Below are positions 1-14,037 of a DNA stretch of 64,000 nt, one piece after another (positions within the stretch are counted from its first letter, which is position 1; every line of letters begins with the position of its first letter). The position numbers and the translations under genes were made by a program. Under the pieces are notes generated by a model. It had not been told where the DNA came from. It made no database searches and was given only the letters and a program-made list of their open reading frames with translations. Origin of the DNA: Takakia lepidozioides (taxonomy: Eukaryota; Plantae; Bryophyta); assembly GCA_030704615.1 (NCBI GenBank), contig CM060731.1, positions 90,830,001-90,894,000 on the forward strand, read 5' to 3'.

Positions 1-1142
1 TCCCTTGCGAGACAACCCCAACTCCATGCATGTGCTACTACTCCTGCGTCCTCCCGGGTCCCCCCGGCAAATCCTGACTTGTGGCCAACCAAACGAGATG
101 GAAAGCTCGTTCGGCGTTTCCCTCCAACCGCTGAACACTTTGGCAAAGTGGAGTCCGCAAGAATGCTCCAAGCTCGTGTTGGAAGCACCACGGAAGTACC
201 CGATCCAGGATATGGTCGGGTATTCACAATCATCACTTCCACATCTGCTGTTCATGACAGGACCTACGACATCACGGTTTCCAATTTCCCCAATTGCACA
301 TGTCCTGATTTTGTGAATATGCTATCAACCAGTTTGGGCAAGAGAGGTAAATTCATACCCTGCAAACATTTGTATTTCATATTTTTGAGGAGGATGGTTT
401 GCGATCCCAAACGTGACAACTTCATTCACCAGGCCACTATGAGTTTCAACGAGGTCGATACTCTTTTGCAGCGGGATACAACACATGGGTAGCATGAACT
501 ATGTAATGTGGTATGTGGATGACCATGATTTGAAATGTGTAATTCACATCAATTCGTCGGCTGTGCAATGATATGGCCTCCAACTATACGGAGTGAGGTC
601 TGAGTGACAACTTTTAGGTAGTGCACATTTGTCATTGCACCGTTCGAAGTCTACATGTCTTGCTGTCGCTATGCACTACAATCATCTTTTGAAGATGATC
701 ATAACTCTCATTGTTATTTGAGGAGGGAGGAAGTCTTCTCGTGGCAGCCTTTATGGCGCACACTTTGTGAGGATATTTTGTCGTCTTCGTAATTGTAAAA
801 GTGAAACAAACATTTGTAATTGCACAATGTTGGATGCTGCAATTGTAGGCCTCAACGCTCGTCTTGATTCTATTTAGGCAAGATTCCCTGCATTAATTCC
901 ACGGTCATAGGACCATCCACGGTTATAGGCGGCGCATGTTAATGCTGACGTGGCAGTTGACGGACAGTGCCACGTCATCATTTACCGCCACATCAGCATG
1001 CTGACATGACGCTCACGCCACGTCAGCATGTGTGCAGGCTCACGCCACGTCAGCTGGCGTGAGCGTACGCTCACGCCACGTCACTCCTGCGTGAGCGTAC
1101 GCTCGCGCGCTCACGTGCAACGCTCACGCCATTGCGTCGTTG
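1..1142 (+). mobile_element. Right end of Mutator-like element, copy 1 (SWIM-domain C-terminus of transposase, 3' region, right terminus)
   Basis: ORF 79-492 carries the SWIM motif NCTCPDF...CKHLYF. It is near-identical to ~35976-36911 and ends in ...CACGCCATTGCGTCGTTG like the full copy. It abuts an LTR at 1143. Confidence 0.85.
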
Positions 1143-4100
1143 CTTTCTTTGCAAGCTTTAGCATGGACCTCTTGAAGGATGAGGATGGTAAGCTGTAATG
1201 GAATCCTACCTATAGTTTTGGCCTTGTCATGACATCAGGCCTATGACCTGCAATCTGAGTTTTTTTATGTGCCAAAGAGGCTGGATCTCGGTTGTTCAAG
1301 TTGCTTGTGCGTACAAGTCTTGAAGTTGCAATTTGACAGGCTGAATTCACATTCCCTTGACACCTTGTATGATTACATGTCGCGGGATGAGTGCAAATGG
1401 TATGGAATCTATTTCATCATGCCCAAGTAGGATTGCTTGGAGACACGTTTTGATTATGAAAAATTGCAGGCTGGTCCTTATGCCTTGGTTGATGCATGAC
1501 CTGCTGTAATGAAAGGCTGATAAGGTAAGATGTTGCAACCTGTGTGTCATGCCCAAGATGTATGTTTGAAAACGTGTCTTGAAATGGTAATAGGGCAGGC
1601 TGGACCATGGTACCTTGCCCTTTGCATGACCTCAGCATTTTGTGCTCCTTCAATACATGACCTTGCTGGTAAGGCATGTGGGCAGGCTGAACCAAGATGC
1701 CTTGCAGCTTGCATATAGGCGACAATATCTTATCTTGTCCCACACAAGAGCAAACCCCGCCCTCCCTGTTTTGTCTTGGATGATTGGGTGGTATCATTTG
1801 GGATGATTTGACAAGAATGGAAGTGTGAGATAGTGCCCTGTCTAGGGCTGTTTATGTCTTTAATGCTAGAGGAAAACTTAAATCTTTCACGGTCTGTAGA
1901 GGTAAATTCCTGGATGACACCTATTGAGACAGACCTTGCACTTCGAATTGGTGACTTAGGCATGGATATTGTGAACTTGGAGGCCAAACTCAAAGAGTTG
2001 GAGGCAAGGAATCATGATCTGGCTGTTCAATTGGCTCAAACGACAAATTTGGAAGTGATTCGGGCAAAAGATCTTGAAGCCAAAGCTTTGCTGCAAAGAA
2101 ATGAGGAGCATTTTCAAAGTGAGATTTTGACCTTGAAGGCAAAGTTAGATACAATCTCAATCAAGAAGGAGAAATCATTACTGGATAATGAAATTTTGCA
2201 AGAAGAAAATCAACTCTTATACATGAAGGTGCAATTTCTTGATGATCAAGTTGTCACTCTCTTATCTGAGAAAGTAAGTTTTGAGCAAGATAATGCAATG
2301 GCTATTCAACAATGTAAAGAAATTGCTTTGGAGGTTGGCAAATAAGGGACCAATTCACTCAATTGAGGAATTCGCAAGAAAACACAATTTTTGAGGCAAA
2401 GCTAAATTCTTGCAATTATCAAAAATCGCAAATTTCTTTGGAGGAGATCAATTTGGATGTGTGTTCAAATTTTGATACATTGAAGGTCACTGAGGAAAAC
2501 TCAAGTTGGAATGGTGATTGTGACAAATTGCTTCAATTGTGCTTACAAATAACAATGCAAGTGTATTACCATGGAGATAATGATATTTTCATTTCTTTTG
2601 AAATTGATACAATTGTGAAAGTCATGATCACAAAGAAGACCAAGAAAATGGTTAATAATTATCCCATGATTGAAGAACAATTGGACCTTTTGGATGGATA
2701 TAAGGCCAATACTGCCAAAATGATGATATTGAATAATTTACAGCATCATTGATTGTGAAGGACTATGTGTTATAAATCGGCCAAAAAAGTTGGAAGCTGA
2801 TTTTTTCCAACAGACTTTCATTATGAGACTTTTTCCAAGAGTTTCTAATTTCTTTTTACAGATGGTATTTCAATTTGGGAAATTGAGAACCAAGATAATT
2901 TGGACAATTATAAAGTTTCAATGGGAAATCAAGATTTTGGTGGACTATCCGAGTCTATTGGATGCACAATTGGTGAAGCAACCCGATCCATCGATTGGAC
3001 AATTGAAGAAAGAGCTTAGCTGGTTTCATGTATGCGGTACATTTCAAATTTCGAATAATGATCAACAAAAGGTTCACAGTTTTGGATTAGCTGTGATGAT
3101 ACAATCAACAAATGGTGATGCGGTCTTCTCTGAAAACAATTGGATTCCTAGTCTACAAGATCATGAAATTGCTTCGGAGTTCATCTCAACATTTAAGAAG
3201 GAGCTTGGTGCTAAACATTCATTCGATATTATATCGCTAATTCCTTCAGGAGATAATCCAATTAAAAAACTTTTAAAATATCTTCATATAAGACATTTTA
3301 TAAATTGGCAACGATGGAGCTCAAGAATTTGGGATCCTGGAAGGAAGTGTTTTTGAGTGTAAGGACTTCAAGTCGTGCTTACTATATAAGCATATGACAA
3401 CATATCCCACAATACAACCGCAGAAAGTGATTTGTTTGCGAGGACGCACACAGATAAGTATGGGAGTATGTCATGTATGTAATGGTGAAGAAGCTTGGAG
3501 GTGATGTAGTGCATAAGAAAAATAGAGTGATTCTACAGGAGTATATAGTTTGAAATAGGAGCGGGGCTCTTTATTAGTTTCTTCTGAAATTATTATCAGC
3601 AATTTATTTTTTTATCTTAAGGAAAATGGTGGAGACATCATGATGAAGGAAGAAGACATGTTCATGGCTGAGAAATTTGTGATTGTCAAGACGATGAAGT
3701 GGAAGAACCACATGCCAAGAAGATGATGACTTAGTTTTTTTCTGAAGAGATAGTGTTGCGGGGGCGCTGCACAACTAGGAATAGGGCTATGTAGAATAAT
3801 AGAAAATTCTTTGTGGAGTAGCATTTAGAATTGGAGTGCAAATGAACAAGAATTGGATGTGAAATTGCACTATGGGGTTCGATAATTTGATAGAATTGGG
3901 TACGATGCTAGAACGGAAGTAAATTCAGATAATGGGGATGATAATTGGTATGAATGGGGTTATTAGGATAGATGTTAGCCCATTGAATCAGTGCTAGGTA
4001 GTTATGGTAGTTAGAGTATGACAGTATGAGTTCCACTGAATCGATGTATTCATGGTCATTCGAGCGAGAGTGCCGAGGCCCTAGCACAAGAGATGCTAGT

Positions 4101-4674
4101 TTGTCGTTTTCAGTAGCTTAAGTAAGAGATAAGAAGAATATGAGTAGTGTGATGAGACAAAGATCTGATGAAAGACTCTGTAAGCTTCATGTTAATGTGA
4201 TGAGATGTTGGAGTTTAATGAGAAGAATTTTGTGTGAAAGAAAAAGATGAGGATTATTTGATGAAGTGTGCAGATCAATACGAGAGGAATTTAATTGAGA
4301 TGAATATTAAGACATTTATTGTTGAGAGACAATTAAAAGTAGATGTAGTGTTCTAATCACGACATAGCAATTCAATTGTGTGCTTTCCCCAGCGAACGAA
4401 CCTTAGAACTAATTGATCCTCTTTTAGGATTGATTCTAGTTTTATTCTACAAGATTCTTAGTTGACATCGATGACAAGTGTGAGGGTTTGTGATTCACCT
4501 GGGGTTCCACAATCCTCACCAATCTGTTGATTTTGTGGGGGCTTGTGATGGGACCAGGTGAGGATCCTCACTTACTTTGAAATTTCTTGAGGATGCAGTT
4601 GGGGATATGGGCTGAGGAGACCTGTAAGTTATCGCGCCTTGACGTGGTTGCTGCCTGCAGTTTTGGCTTTTGTT

Positions 4675-5558
4675 TTTACCACATTGCTCACCCTCGATCC
4701 AATCACTCACTATGGATCCCAGCCAGGAACAACACGTTCGGGAAATGTAGGTGGGGACCCTCTTCTCCTAAGATTGGTACGTGGATTGAGCTCTCCGAAG
4801 CTAGATTGCTTGGGCTCCACAAATGGTTGATGACTCATTGTTTTGTTGCATTGGGAGATCGAGTTTGGCAGCAAGGTTCTGGCATACCCATGGGTTTTTC
4901 TTGTTCTCCTCTATGATGTAACATTTACTTCCTGTCCTATGAGATTAAATTTATTCTCTGACTTGCTACTCTTGGACAATTCCAACCTATGACTAAATTC
5001 AAGTCAGCCTTCATGTACATTGATGACATATGCTGGTTGAATGTCGGTGATGCAAAGTTGTTTATTGATCCTTCTACGGACAGAAATAAGCAAAACCCAT
5101 GGTGGGTTTACCCACTCAACGTGATGGAGATTAAACCAGAGTTATTGAGAACCAAGGATGATCTACCATACACTGGCTTGGAAGCTTGCTTTATGAATGT
5201 GCAGATCAGTGTACTGAATTCTGATACCGGTCTTTTTCAGTTTCAGAAATATGATAAGAGAAGGCTATTGCCTCTCCCTTACACACAGTACATCCAGTTT
5301 CTTTCTAACAGGCTTGTGAATCAGTCCTACAATGCGGTCGTCTCTCAAGCTTTCCCCATTCTGCACATTTCCAGCAGCACTGACTTTGCCTGGAATGAGT
5401 GTCGCGTTCTTATCCAAACCCTTGGGAGAAACGGCTTCAAGACCAAAAAGTTGGTTCGAATCTTGATAAAGCTCTTGGAACACGGCTCTTTTCCTGGCCT
5501 CCACTTCCCGTTACACGAGCTTGTTACCAAGCTAAGAGGTATAATGGATTCCTTTTAA
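4675..5558 (+). pseudogene. Penelope-like retroelement reverse transcriptase, 5'-truncated, with stops
   Basis: Motifs WQQGSGIPMGFSCSPL, YIDD and a C-terminal YDKR...SN...Y..VVSQ typical of PLE RT/thumb. In-frame TGA at ~4914. Confidence 0.75.
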
Positions 5559-5849
5559 CCTCGTCACTGTCATTTCTTGTCCGATCAATGGCTTAAGCAA
5601 GTTTGAGGAGAGGATGTAGGCATTTCCTGCCCCATTGGCGACCTGTCCAGGGGGGGGGGAACTATATTGCAGAGGGAGAAAACTTATGAAGGGGTCTGGT
5701 ATGCATTCCCTTATGGGGTGGGTGCATACCACACTCACTCCATAAGGGACTGCCATACCAGGGGCTGGTTGGTGGGTGCCCCCTCTCCCCCTCTGTCTCC
5801 CTCTCTCCTGGGAACCGGCAGGTTGTTATCAGTGTTGATTTCCTGTTTT

Positions 5850-6430
5850 TTCACCCATACCGGATGAAGTTTTGACAGAGTTTCATCCATCCTCTATCGG
5901 TTTTTCATCCATACCGGATGAGCCACCAGGATGGACACTGAATTACCGTTAGGATGTTTTTTTTGGTTTTTTCATTCCTCTTTTATTGACTCTCATCCAT
6001 ACCGGATGAGTCACCAAGGAATGAAAACTTACCTCTATGAGGATTGCCAACAACATCCTATTTTTCCTCCATATCGGTTGAAAAACTACCAGGATAATAA
6101 TTTTTCATTCCTCTTTCACTGACTCTTTTTTATCCATACCGGGTGGTCTGGTGAGGAATGATGAATTACCTAGGAGGAGGTAAGCTGCTGCAACGGATGA
6201 TATTCCCTACTTTTCATCCTGACAAGTGATCTGTTTATGGATGACGAGTACAGATGATTATGGCCTGGAATTGATCTTAACTACCCCTAATTATGATTAT
6301 TTACGGGGTGAAACCCTAACCCCTACCCTAAAACCTATTTTTAACTCTGCTACAGATGAAATCCGTCAAGGTAGAAAGGTATTTTTTACTGTTTTCATCC
6401 ACGGATGAAAAATCGGGCCAAAAAACCCTA
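5850..6430. repeat. Cluster of TCATCC-ATACC-GGATGA hairpin motifs with a short telomere-like run; probable DNA-transposon remnant
   Basis: Motif copies near 5853, 5905, 5993, 6132 and 6395. AAACCCTAACCCTACCCTAAAACCTA at ~6310-6337. Confidence 0.45.
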
Positions 6431-8175
6431 TGTTGTCTCTCCCGTTGTCAGAAGCACGAGATGTGCTTCTGAGCTCGCGGCGAGAGTGTTACGACGGACG
6501 TGCTTTGGTGGATGCCCCTTTTGTGGTGTCATACCCTTGCTGGGCGAGCGCCTGGGGATGCGCGAAGGCGGCGCCTTGTCTCTCTAGCAGCGGGAAACAC
6601 TGCTGTGAATGCAGTGGCATCTTCCCTCCTCTGGCTTCTAATTTTAGCAGTGGCATTTATGCTGGGAAGTCTCTCTCCCTCCCTTCTATTGCCTTGCGAG
6701 TTTGCCTGCTTTGCTTCATTGCTCATGTGCTTTGTGGAGGCGACTTGCCACGGGTGGTGATGGCGCATAACCCTCTTCCCCAATCGCTTAAGGTGCCTTT
6801 GGAGTTTAGGGATCCTTGTGTTCGTATCTTCTTCTCTTGCTTTTGAGATTCTTAGTTGACATCGATGACAAGTGTGAGGGTTTGTGATTCACTTGGGGTT
6901 CCACAATCCTCACTAATCTGTTGATTTTGTGGGGGCTTGTGATGGGACCAGGTGAGGATCCTCACTTACTTTGAAATTTCTTGAGCATGCAGTTGGGGAT
7001 ATGGGCTGAGGAGACCTGTAAGTTATCGCGCCTTGAAGTGGTTGCTGCCTCCAGCCCCGAATTCAACCCGACTGCTCCCGGTTTGGCATGCTATAGCCTA
7101 TGTTTTGGCTTTTGTTGTTCTGCCGTCGATGGGGCAGCTCGACCTGTATGGCCTGTCTCATGAGGCCTGCATATAGACCATACCATATCTTTTGATCCTT
7201 GACAACATGGCTTGTGGATTAATGAGCTAGGTTGTAACTTCTTTGGGCCATAGAGGATCTGGTTTTATGGGGGACTGCCTCGGCAGGTTTGGGTTTGGGA
7301 CTCTAAGGACGTGGTGGCCTTGATTGTTATGGCGGCAGCGTGATAAGGCACCGACCTGCTCCTTTTTGGGCCTGTTTATGGTGTGTGATGGATCATAGCG
7401 AGGTGTTCTTTGCAAGCTTTAGCATGGACCTCTTGAAGGATGAGGATGGTAAGCTGTAATGGAATCCTACCTATAGTTTTGGCCTTGTCATGACATCAGG
7501 CCTATGACCTGCAATCTGAGTTTTTTATGTGCCAAAGAGGCTGGATCTCGGTTGTTCAAGTTGCTTGTGCGTACAAGTCTTGAAGTTGCAATTTGACAGG
7601 CTGAATTCACATTCCCTTGACACCTTGTATGATTACATGTCGCGGGATGAGTACAAATGGTATGGAATCTATTTCATCGTGCCCAAGTAGGATTGCTTGG
7701 AGGCACATTTTGATTATGAAAAATTGCAGGCTGGTCCTTATGCCTTGGTTGATGCATGACCTGCTGTAATGAAAGGCTGATAAGGTAAGATGTTGCAACC
7801 TGTGTGTCATGCCCAAGATGTATGTTTGAAAACGTGTCTTGAAATGGTAATAGGGCAGGCTGGACCATGGTACCTTGCCCTTTGCACGACCTCAGCATTT
7901 TGTGCTCCTTCAATACATGACCTTGCTGGTAAGGCATGTGGGCAGACTGAACCAAGATGCCTTGCAGCCTGCATATAGGCGGCAATATCTTATCTTGTCC
8001 CACACAAGAACAAACCCCGCCCTCCCACCCTGTTTTGTCTTGGATGATTGGGTGGTGTCATTGTTAGAGGGCTGTCTGGGACTTAGACACTTTTATGGGT
8101 TCTGTGGGGTACCCTTAATTTTTGCATAGACTTACGAATGGTACACTTGGACCAGCATAAGCCTTAGGGTGGTAG

Positions 8176-11100
8176 CCGTTACACAAATGTCGTTCCCTTA
8201 TTAGTGCACCTGCCAGCCATTAGTGGATAGTTGTTCGTCTGCAATGTAGTTATCGATGTCTGACGTGTGTCGCCCAAAATGAACGGCGTGTCGTTTATTT
8301 GAACGGTTTCAATAATTGAAAATAACAGCGACAAATATTATAGATGAATATAACATTGCATATAAACAATTAGCTGGTCTGACTGCACAGCCTCAGACAA
8401 TGCCTATGCCATCATAACCTTGGCACCGTGGAATAAAAAATATGGGGCCATCTGGCGCACAATCTCAGACAAATAAATGTAAATGAACGAGTGTTTGATG
8501 ACAAATTTTTGGATATCATACACATTCATCCTTGTAAGCCAACCCCACGTTCGTTTCACAGTTTGGACTTTCCAAGTGCGCATGATCATTGGTACTAGTA
8601 TAAAGATGCATTTACTTCATCTGCTATCCCACTCTCAGATCCTTTGGCACACTTCCGAGAAGTCGGCTGGTTATTATGTTTATTGATGAGGTTCTGAATA
8701 AAGGTTTAACAGCTACCGAAATTGCTCCTAGGGATACTCTGTCTACAGGGCCCACAAAAAAAGTAATTAAAATGGACGGTTGCATGTCTAGAAGGAATAA
8801 CAAAATGTGCACAATCATTGTGTGAGCTTTCTCCGCGATATTCTCTGTTCATTCTTCAACAGTGTTCTGGAGACCTCAGTCAACAGATTTCACTGAAGAG
8901 CTGCGATAGCAAGGCATCTTCGTACGAGAGGAGGCAAGATGGCTTCCTCTGAAGCGGAGTTCTTCTCTGACGACAAACCAGTGCCGTTCTCCAAGGAAGC
9001 CCTTGACAATGGATTCGCAATTGTTCATGTGTCTTGGCTACCCGGTTTGAGCTTCAGAATGGCTCCATCTTCTTGGAGAAAGAGGTGTACGATTTGGAAG
9101 GGAAGTTGTTGAAATACTCTTTCCAAAACCGTGATGAGACGGCTTATGTCAGCCAGTGGAGAGTGCATCCTGGTCGATATAGAGTACTTCGAGAGCCTCG
9201 GCGAAAGTCCCTTGGATCATATGTGACGCCCGAGTCTGCTGCTTCAGTCGTTGAAGATAAGAGGGAGGTGGTGGTGAAAAAAGAACAGACGTCCTCCACT
9301 CTAATTGTTGAGCTTTCGGATTCGTCCGATGATGACATAAGTGAAATTCCAAATCCAGTCCTTCCTAATGTAGTTGGAGAAGCGGATGAAGAAGAGATTT
9401 GTAGTGTCATTCCAAAACTACGGGCGATGGGAGGAATGGCAGGTTTCAAAAATGAGTTGCGAGGAATTGATTGGGAATCTTTGAAGCAGGTGCCTGTGAA
9501 GTTCCTGCCAGAGACTTTTGATGGCGATATCCTATTCAAGCTGCCTCCTCCTCCACGAGTTGGAGGTGTAACAATCATGATGCACGGAATGGACAAGAAA
9601 CACGACGGGCACCCATGGTGCAGAACAAAAAAATCCAATATTCAAAATGATGACAAACTTGTTTTAAGGAGAACAGTTTTGCAATGGACACCTTAGGTGT
9701 GATAATTTGAATTGCAGACACTTTCTTCAGTCTGGGGGTCATAATCAAAGCGAGTGGGAGGGTCTGGCGGAAAATCCATTTAAGCCTGGGACTGCCCCTC
9801 CACCGGCAAACACTTTCGTTTGCAAATTCTGCAAACTTGTGCCATCCTGCCTGGCGCTGTGCAAAGCAAGAATGTACTATGTTGTCCACCGTTTGAAAAC
9901 AATGACAAGAGCTTGTGTGCATTTCGGTTTCCATAACCATCCTGTCTCGAAGGGGGATTACATGGAGAGTGTTGAGACAGTATCGAGGTTGATTAACAGG
10001 AGTACGAGAGAAACCCATCCGCAACAACATCTGCAATTGCTCTTGGCGCAAGCAAGTCCTTCTTGGAAAGCCATATTTTGAGTGAAGGGGATTCTGTGGG
10101 GACTAAACTTGACGGTGCAGCATTGAACCTTGTGATGGATCATTTCTCCACTTTGAGTTTACCTAACATTCATCATCAGATCAATGCATTGAGAATGGGC
10201 TCTGGGATCAGAGGCTACATAGACAACATTTTGGAATCGAAACGACTGAGCAAGTACGACCATATCCAGGACAATGTTCTCCCAGGTCAAGGTGCCATCA
10301 AAGTATTTCTCTTCAAAATGTCGACTATTGGGGAGGGCAGTGGGGTTAGCCTCGTGAAGCGGATGCAGAAGACTGGGGACTTGCAGAATTGTTTTCTTAT
10401 GTTTGACCATGTGAAACAAGTGAAAGATTGGACGACAATGGCTTGTCATGTCTACGATCCAGTGTACCAACGAGTTATGACAATTGCAGTTTGTGACATG
10501 CAATCCGAGGATACGGAATCCCAGAAGCTCATGTGGAATTCCCTGATACGTGTTATGGGCTGCCATCTCCAAATTTCGTAGGTTTTATGGCGGATAGTGC
10601 TAAGGCGAATTTCAATGCTGTTCGAATTGTCTTCGGATCGGGCGACCCAAAAATGCCAATGCCGGGAAGAGAGCGTATATGTCTATTCCATTGGACACAA
10701 TCTCTGGAGAAACATACAAAGTCGGACGTCAAACCAGAGATGCAGACTCAGCACCGTAAATTGTGCAAAGAGTACAAAGATGTTAGAACAACGAAGGAGG
10801 CGGATACTTTGTTCCAGACAATTCGTGCCTGGTGGTTCTCTTCTGGAGCTGCATCGTTTGAGAGTATGAGAGCATTGGAAGATTGACTTGCGTTTTGGCA
10901 CTTCCGGTACAGACAGTGGGGAGCAGTCATGACAATGGTACGAGGCTTCTATTTCTTGCTTTATTCATACATTTACTTTCCATATTTTTGACTCATTGCT
11001 TTCTTTATGTTGTTCCCTGTGCACTGTTCTGAAGTGTGGTTCTCCACTTTGCAGAACATGTCCATTGAGGAAATGGCGGACATGCCATCTTGTAATTTGG

Positions 11101-13144
11101 CAGAGAATGTGCACAACGCATGGTTGCAACAGTCTGGGAAACGAGGTCGAGATTTGTATGTGGCAACAATAGATGATTTGATACGTGCCTTGCAACAACA
11201 AACCCGATACCGTGATTTCTTGCGAGGTGAGGTTGGTGGCAAGGGTCCGGACAAATTGGAGTTGATGTTGCGTGCTGCAAATAGATCTGGGGATCCAAAC
11301 AAGATAGCACGGGCGGTGAGCATGTATGCCCAGGGAACGCCACTTGTTTCTAGAGTCCCACATCTTGAAGGGGAGGAGAGATTCGGCTCGTGTAAGAGGA
11401 AATTGAACACTCCACCTGGTTCGGATTCCGATTCGCATAGGGCAGACCGTGATAACTTCTCAAAGCCTCGTGTTCCCCTGCATGACAGATCCATGTCCGG
11501 AACTTCCATTCTGGAGGAACCTCCAACACAACGGCAGGCTCCAACATCAAATAGTGCCATTGAAATGGTGCAGGAGAGAAACAACCCCCTTGATGTGCTT
11601 GAGTCCGCATGCCCCGACCACGTTTGGCACATAGAACGCACAAGTGCAGGGTCTCGTGTGAAATGTACAGCGATCAGGGCAACTAATTTCGAGAAGTGCA
11701 CTTCATCTATATCCAGAGGTGGTGCCCGGACTCCTGCTCTGACTTTCACGGGTTTGATGCGTCCATATGGTCAACCAAAAGCCAAGAACCACAAGTTCTG
11801 GTTCTGCGCAGATGATTGTGGCAGATGTGTGCATGGAACTGTGCGTCCTTCCGTGGTGATGAAGCGAGCTCCTCCAACTGTTTGGCCCGTCAAGGTGGGA
11901 ACACATCTCACAAGTCAGGAGATTGCAATGCTGGAGGAGGCAGACTTTTCCCTTGCGAGACAACCCCAATTGCATGCATGTGCTACTACTTCTGCGTCAT
12001 CTTGGGTCCCTCTGACAAATCCTCACTTGTGGCCAACCAAACGAGATGGAAAGCTCGTTCGGCGTTTCCCTCCAACCGCTGAACACTTTGGCAAAGTGGA
12101 GTCCGTAAGAATGCTCCAAGCTCGTGTTGCAAGCACCACGGAAGTGCCCGATCCAGGATATGGTCGGGTGTACACAATGATCACTTCGACATCTGTTGTT
12201 CATGACAAGGCGTACGACATCACAGTTTCCAATTTCCCCAATTGCACTTGTCCTGATTTTGTGAATATATTATCAAGAGAGGTAAATTCATACCCTGCAA
12301 ACATTTGTATTTCATATTTTTGAAGAGGATGGTTTGCGATCCCAAGCGTGACAACTTCGTTCACCAGACCACTCTGAGTTTCAACGAGGTCGATACTCCT
12401 ATTGCAGCGGGATACAACACATAGGTAGAATCAATTATCACTTCGTATATCTGGAATGTGGTGAATGTGCAATCTGCAATCTGCAATCTGAAATCTGGTT
12501 TATATGGACTATGAGTATGTAATGTGGTATGTGAACGACCATGCTGTGTAATGTGCAATTTGCAACATTGTCATTGAAATTCAATTCAATTCAATTCATT
12601 TGCAACATCGTCAGCGGTGCAATGATATGACATCCCTTATCCCTCCATTATGCTTCCAACTATACTCAGTGAGCTCTCAGTAGCAACTTTTAAAAGCACA
12701 TGCATCGTTGCACCTTTCGAAGTCTACATGTGCTCCTGTTGCTATGTACTCATCTTTTGAATGTGACCCCAACTCTCATTGTTATTTGGGGAGAGAGCAG
12801 GGTCTTCCCGTGGCAGCCTCTATGGCATTCACGTTGTGAGGTTATTTTGTCGTCCTTGTAATTGTAATAGTGAAACAAATAATTGTAATTACACAATGTT
12901 GGATGCCACAGTTGTAGGCTTCATGGTAGTTTTCATTGTATTCAGCCAACGATTCCCTGCATTAATCCCACGGTCATAGGACCATCCTCGGTTATAGGCG
13001 CCGCATGTTTATGTTGATGTGGCAGATGACGACGCAGCGCCACGTCAGCATTTGTCGCCATGTCAGCTTGATGACATCACGCTCACGCCACGTCACTCCT
13101 GCGTGAGCATACTCACGCGCAAGGCTCACGCCGTTGCATCGTTG
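8176..13144 (+). mobile_element. Mutator-like element, copy 2 (left half missing; decayed transposase 8939-12428)
   Basis: Colinear with 32302-36911 but more diverged, with frameshifts and stops (e.g. TGA at ~10884). Same intron near 10938-11054. Right terminus ...CACGCCGTTGCATCGTTG at 13144. Confidence 0.88.
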
Positions 13145-14037
13145 AGGAACATGCTCACTTGCCCATTGGCGGTGGTGAGCGGGTGAGCGGCCAAATTTTT
13201 TTAGGTTCGGACATGAGAATCTAACCGAATCTGTAGGTCGGCACCAATAATATGGCTTCGGGTATTAGGTTCAGGAGTAGGCTTAGGCTTGGTTCTCCGG
13301 CGAACCACCCAGGGATCGTACAATATGTGGTTCGCTGGAGAACTACATGATGCCGAACCTAATCCCGATCCAAACTCCAAACCTAACAAAATACAAAAAT
13401 AAATGCTCATATGTATAAATTAATGTGAGCATATAAATTTACTGTATCTGAAAATCTTAAATTGTGTTCACATAATATTCACTTTTGATTTTATGCTCAC
13501 CAAAATTTTGGTCCGCGCTAACCAACTATCAAAACCCCCTTTGGTGGACCAAGAAAATAAAAAACGAGCATTCTATTGGCTTGTGAGGTGTATCTTTACA
13601 CAGACCAAGAAAATAACAATGATGTGGCAGTCAGTCACGTGGCAGTAATCTTGGCGGAAGCGCTTTGTGAAGTGACGCAAGAAAGCTTAGCGCGAGGACG
13701 ACGGATAACAATGACTTGTCCGGTCAAACTGGCTGAGGAATGCCGAGAGGGGCATTCATCTGATCTTTGGCATTCGCAGGATATTTCTCGTGAATGACAC
13801 TCGGGATTGTTCCAGAACCTTCGAACATGGTGTTATTATTAGTGTTGGAAGCCCATGACGAGAGAGCTCAGGGTTTCAGAGGAGTGATCCTGGCAGGAGG
13901 AAGATTGAAGGGTGTTCGATCTCGTCACGAAACGATTGAGGAGGAGCTGATCGAAGGTTGGAGTTGGGTTGTGAGGGACTCAGAAGAGGGGGAGAGAGGA
14001 GAGGCACGCAGCGGAGTACGATAAAGGCGTAGTTACT

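Larger units (their letters stand above)
1143..8060 (+). mobile_element. Non-autonomous LTR retrotransposon: partial 5' LTR 1143-1796, internal region 1797-3468, interrupted 3' LTR 3469-8060
   Basis: ~1145-1796 is a near-identical direct repeat of ~7406-8060, and both end in ...TCA. A purine-rich tract (GATAAGTATGGGAGTA) precedes TGTCA at 3469. Internal ORFs (1833-3356) are coiled-coil-like, end in a WDPG motif and have no RT or integrase. Confidence 0.6.

Noticed and set aside
6310-6337. Interstitial telomere
   Set aside because: Only about four degenerate CCCTA units.
5850-6430. CGGATGA motifs as Penelope-associated hammerhead ribozymes
   Set aside because: The core would need CUGAUGA...GAAA with three stems. 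These are simple TCATCC/GGATGA hairpins.
13145-13520. GCTCAC/GTGAGC-rich stretch after copy 2 as an extension of the element
   Set aside because: Not present after copies 1 or 3. Probably an unrelated repeat remnant whose ends I cannot define.
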